From an uncultured delta proteobacterium (GTDB lineage Bacteria > Myxococcota > Myxococcia > Myxococcales > Myxococcaceae): a DNA stretch of 64,000 nucleotides. How positions within the stretch are numbered: position 1 is the stretch's first letter; the number at the start of each line of letters is the position of its first letter. Location: positions 704,001 through 768,000 of the forward strand of contig CAVQKE010000004.1 of the NCBI GenBank assembly GCA_963713045.1. The letters run 5' to 3'. Below the pieces are notes generated by a model, which was not told the DNA's origin, did no database searches, and saw only the letters and a program-made list of their open reading frames with translations. The position numbers and the translations under genes were made by a program. Below, piece by piece: positions 61,780-64,000 of this stretch.

Positions 61780-62169
61780 TTGACCTGCAAGACTCTGGCA
61801 GTCACGCTTGCAACCGGCCTTGTCGTGGCAGCTTCGGGCTGCGGTGGAACGAGCTGCCACGACATCGTCAACGAATACGAAGACCAAACGTTGGCCGCTT
61901 CAACCTGCGACCTGACGTCTAGCGACCCGTGTCCGGTGATGTTACCGATAGTGATTGTCCAGGTAAACGCGGACGGCGGCCATACAGTGGTTAATTTGGC
62001 CGCCGACTGCGACGCCGCATTCAATGCCACTGGTGGGGCGAAGCTCCAGCTGCTCTACTCCCAGTTTCAGGCGATGGGTTGTCAGCTGCAGCCTGTACCG
62101 ATCTGCCAGTCGGGACCAACCCAGTGTATTTTTCAGAGCCAATACGGGGCCGTGTGCTATCCAAACTAG
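61780..62169 (+). CDS. Cys-rich lipoprotein, paralog A
   Basis: GGAGGAG RBS, TTG start, lipobox ASGC, 8 further Cys. Confidence 0.75.
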   Translation: MTCKTLAVTLATGLVVAASGCGGTSCHDIVNEYEDQTLAASTCDLTSSDPCPVMLPIVIVQVNADGGHTVVNLAADCDAAFNATGGAKLQLLYSQFQAMGCQLQPVPICQSGPTQCIFQSQYGAVCYPN

Positions 62170-62549
62170 CGCCACTTGCGGCCCTACTGCTAGCAATGGC
62201 GTGCGGCACCCCTGCGGCGCCGCCAGAGACCTGCCAAGACATTGCCGCTCAATACGCAGCTCAAATACCTAGCGCAGCGACGTGCGATCCTACAGCAGCT
62301 AATCCATGCTCGGTTCTGCTGCCAGTTGTGGTCACAGTCGAAGAGGCTGATGGCGGCCTGACATATTCGGCACTCGGAAATTGCAACGTCGGCTTCAATC
62401 CTGATCGGTCCGCAACCCTAGTGCGACTTGTTGCCAGCTACCAGCAGATGGGGTGCTCACCCGCGATGGTTTCTATTTGTCCACCTGGCGGTAGCCAGTG
62501 CCTCGATGGGCCGTTCGGTTATCAGTGTTTTCCGACGTCGACCCCATAG
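62154..62549 (+). CDS. Cys-rich lipoprotein, paralog B
   Basis: Lipobox AMAC, 8 further Cys with nearly the same spacing as paralog A. Confidence 0.75.
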   Translation: MLSKLAPLAALLLAMACGTPAAPPETCQDIAAQYAAQIPSAATCDPTAANPCSVLLPVVVTVEEADGGLTYSALGNCNVGFNPDRSATLVRLVASYQQMGCSPAMVSICPPGGSQCLDGPFGYQCFPTSTP

Positions 62550-63068
62550 TTGTACCTGACCGTCTGACCGCCCCCCACGGCCGTACCCACGTGTCCGCTC
62601 GTGCGCCGCGTTAGCCGTCCGCCCCCTTGCTCCGACGCCCCCGTGCCTGATTACGAAGCGACTCTCCCGATTACGGAAGGGGACTTATGGCATGTCCGCA
62701 ATGCGCGGTCCCTCGGGTCACCACGCTCTTCGCAGCGTACCGCCGAGATGTCGAAGCAGCTCTCTGAGCAGCGCGTCTCAACCAGGACAAGGACGGTCGC
62801 TTCGCCATCTGGCCCTAGGCAATTTCGAGCATGGGTGCTCTCGAACGTTCTGCACTGGCCGAAAAACTTCGCGGCTCAAAAGCTTGAGGGCTAAAATGGA
62901 GTATTTGCGATTAATCGCAAATGCCGGTTCCGGACACAGGATTCGGCTCCGAAACGCGCCCGAAAACTGGCTCGGGACATGGCCCCTCAACTGGGCCTGT
63001 TTGCAGGCCATTTCGCGAGCCAGCCCGAGACGGGCTGTGCTCAACTTTCTCAATCAATCTGCGCAACT

Positions 63069-63205
63069 CCCCTCCCGCACCCACTCCTTCAACGCTGGGC
63101 ATGCCGCACCCCTTCGTTTCCCGACCACCCTCTCACAACCACAGACGAGAGGGTGGTCGGGAAACTTCGGGGGTGCACAAAAAAACGAGTGGGTGGGGGG
63201 AGGGG
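63069..63205. repeat. Nested inverted repeats forming a long rod-like hairpin
   Basis: Perfect 19-bp stem 63116-63134/63147-63165; 7-bp stem 63106-63112/63170-63176; imperfect outer stem 63069-63086/63187-63205. Confidence 0.9.
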
Positions 63206-63664
63206 TGAAGCGTGAAGTCCCGGTGCAGTCAGAGAACCAAGAAAAAGAGATACGCCATGCGGGTCAGGACGAACAAAAGAGCAGCAGTCAAAGCAACGGC
63301 GCAGCCAGGCCGAGCGGGCCAAACATAATAGGCGTGAGCGGACATGGAGGAGGGAGAAGCTCACGGAGGTTGGCGCAAGCGCGCAACAGCCCTGGCGTCG
63401 CAAGACCGCTGCGACAGCGAGGTCGGGAACTCGTCGCCCTCATGCGAGTGTGTCGCTACCTAACGGCGAAATAGCTTGTTGAGCTCGAGCATGGGCCAAA
63501 GACAGAAAGCGCGGCCGAGTACAGGCTCAGTAGTCTCTCAGGCGAAATGACGCATTCAAAGTCACAGCAATAGAGCCCGCACTGACACGAGCCCTTCCAT
63601 TTCGCACCTTCGACGGGTCTCGCATGCCCCTGCGGTCTCTGACGCCCGCCGGGTACAGTTGCTG

Positions 63665-63828
63665 GCGCCATGAGGAACTCCTCCTTTACTCATCGACCTC
63701 GGCCACGGTCAGTCCGAGCTTGCGGGCTGCCTCCCGCGCCAGGTCTCCCCCTTCAAAATACTCGCCACCAGGGCGACGCGACGTTTTGCCGTCCAGCGCT
63801 GAAGGTCCTCTGGAGTCTCGCTTTCCAT
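63665..63828 (-). pseudogene. IS3-family OrfA (DUF1153-like) transposase remnant
   Basis: MESETPEDLQRWTAKRRVALVASILKGET, frameshift, AREAARKLGLTVAEVDE then stop; GGAGG upstream. Confidence 0.75.
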
Positions 63829-64000
63829 GCCTCCACCACCTCCCCGCGACCTATTCGACCGCGCCTTCTTGGTGGCTTCAATTCAGAGGACGGCGCCACG
63901 ACGTCACCCAAGTGCAGCTTGCTCCTACTAACGCACGTCTGCTATCAGTCCGGAGTGAACGCACTCCCATCTGAGGGGGCACCATCTTTTGGAGACGCAG

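Larger units (their letters stand above)
57845..64000. mobile_element. Left part of an integrative element/prophage-like island at tRNA-Arg; right end outside the window
   Basis: Integrase pointing into the tRNA, visibly more AT-rich sequence, orphan cargo and IS remnant; no 3'-tRNA duplicate seen in the window. Confidence 0.75.

Noticed and set aside
62601..63474. ORFs 62601-62894, 62692-63474 and 63089-63403
   Set aside because: No motifs or convincing RBS, and two of them run across the long hairpin
57919..64000. attR copy of the tRNA 3' end and phage structural genes
   Set aside because: None seen in the window, so element type and length cannot be fixed

Overview
High-GC bacterial DNA whose gene content looks myxobacterial (Myxococcota-like; inferred from gene content only). 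(1) 0.4-11.8 kb: near-complete classical menaquinone cluster (menF-D-H-B-A-C-E, polyprenyl synthase, GbsR/MarR-type regulator; divergent DAHP synthase + menG), with two matching palindromic operator-like sites. (2) 11.8-28.4 kb: housekeeping genes (carA, pyrC, pyrB, lepB, lepA, two nucleotide-sugar enzymes, one of them frameshifted, SPOR, lapB-like, HIT, sppA, mnmA, tRNA nucleotidyltransferase). (3) 28.4-46.4 kb: inositol-lipid neighbourhood with an Aur1-like IPC synthase, inositol-3-phosphate synthase, CDP-alcohol phosphatidyltransferase, GtrA, class III aminotransferase, Gfo/Idh/MocA dehydrogenase, two MMPL transporters, MlaC and a GT-C glycosyltransferase. This is my best candidate for an undescribed system: making and exporting an amino-inositol (inosamine) lipid. 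(4) 46.5-57.8 kb: accessory genes (Ig-repeat lipoprotein, RND pump, Zn-PLC/P1-nuclease-like protein with a barrel-like tail), gene remnants and a decayed 5'-half copy of a tRNA. (5) 57.8-64 kb: tRNA-Arg(CCT) and an integrative element whose tyrosine integrase reads antisense through the whole tRNA and is fused in frame to an excisionase-like HTH; the cargo includes a TAG-interrupted secreted protein, tandem Cys-rich lipoproteins, a long nested hairpin and an IS remnant. All calls come from motif recognition by eye; no searches were run.
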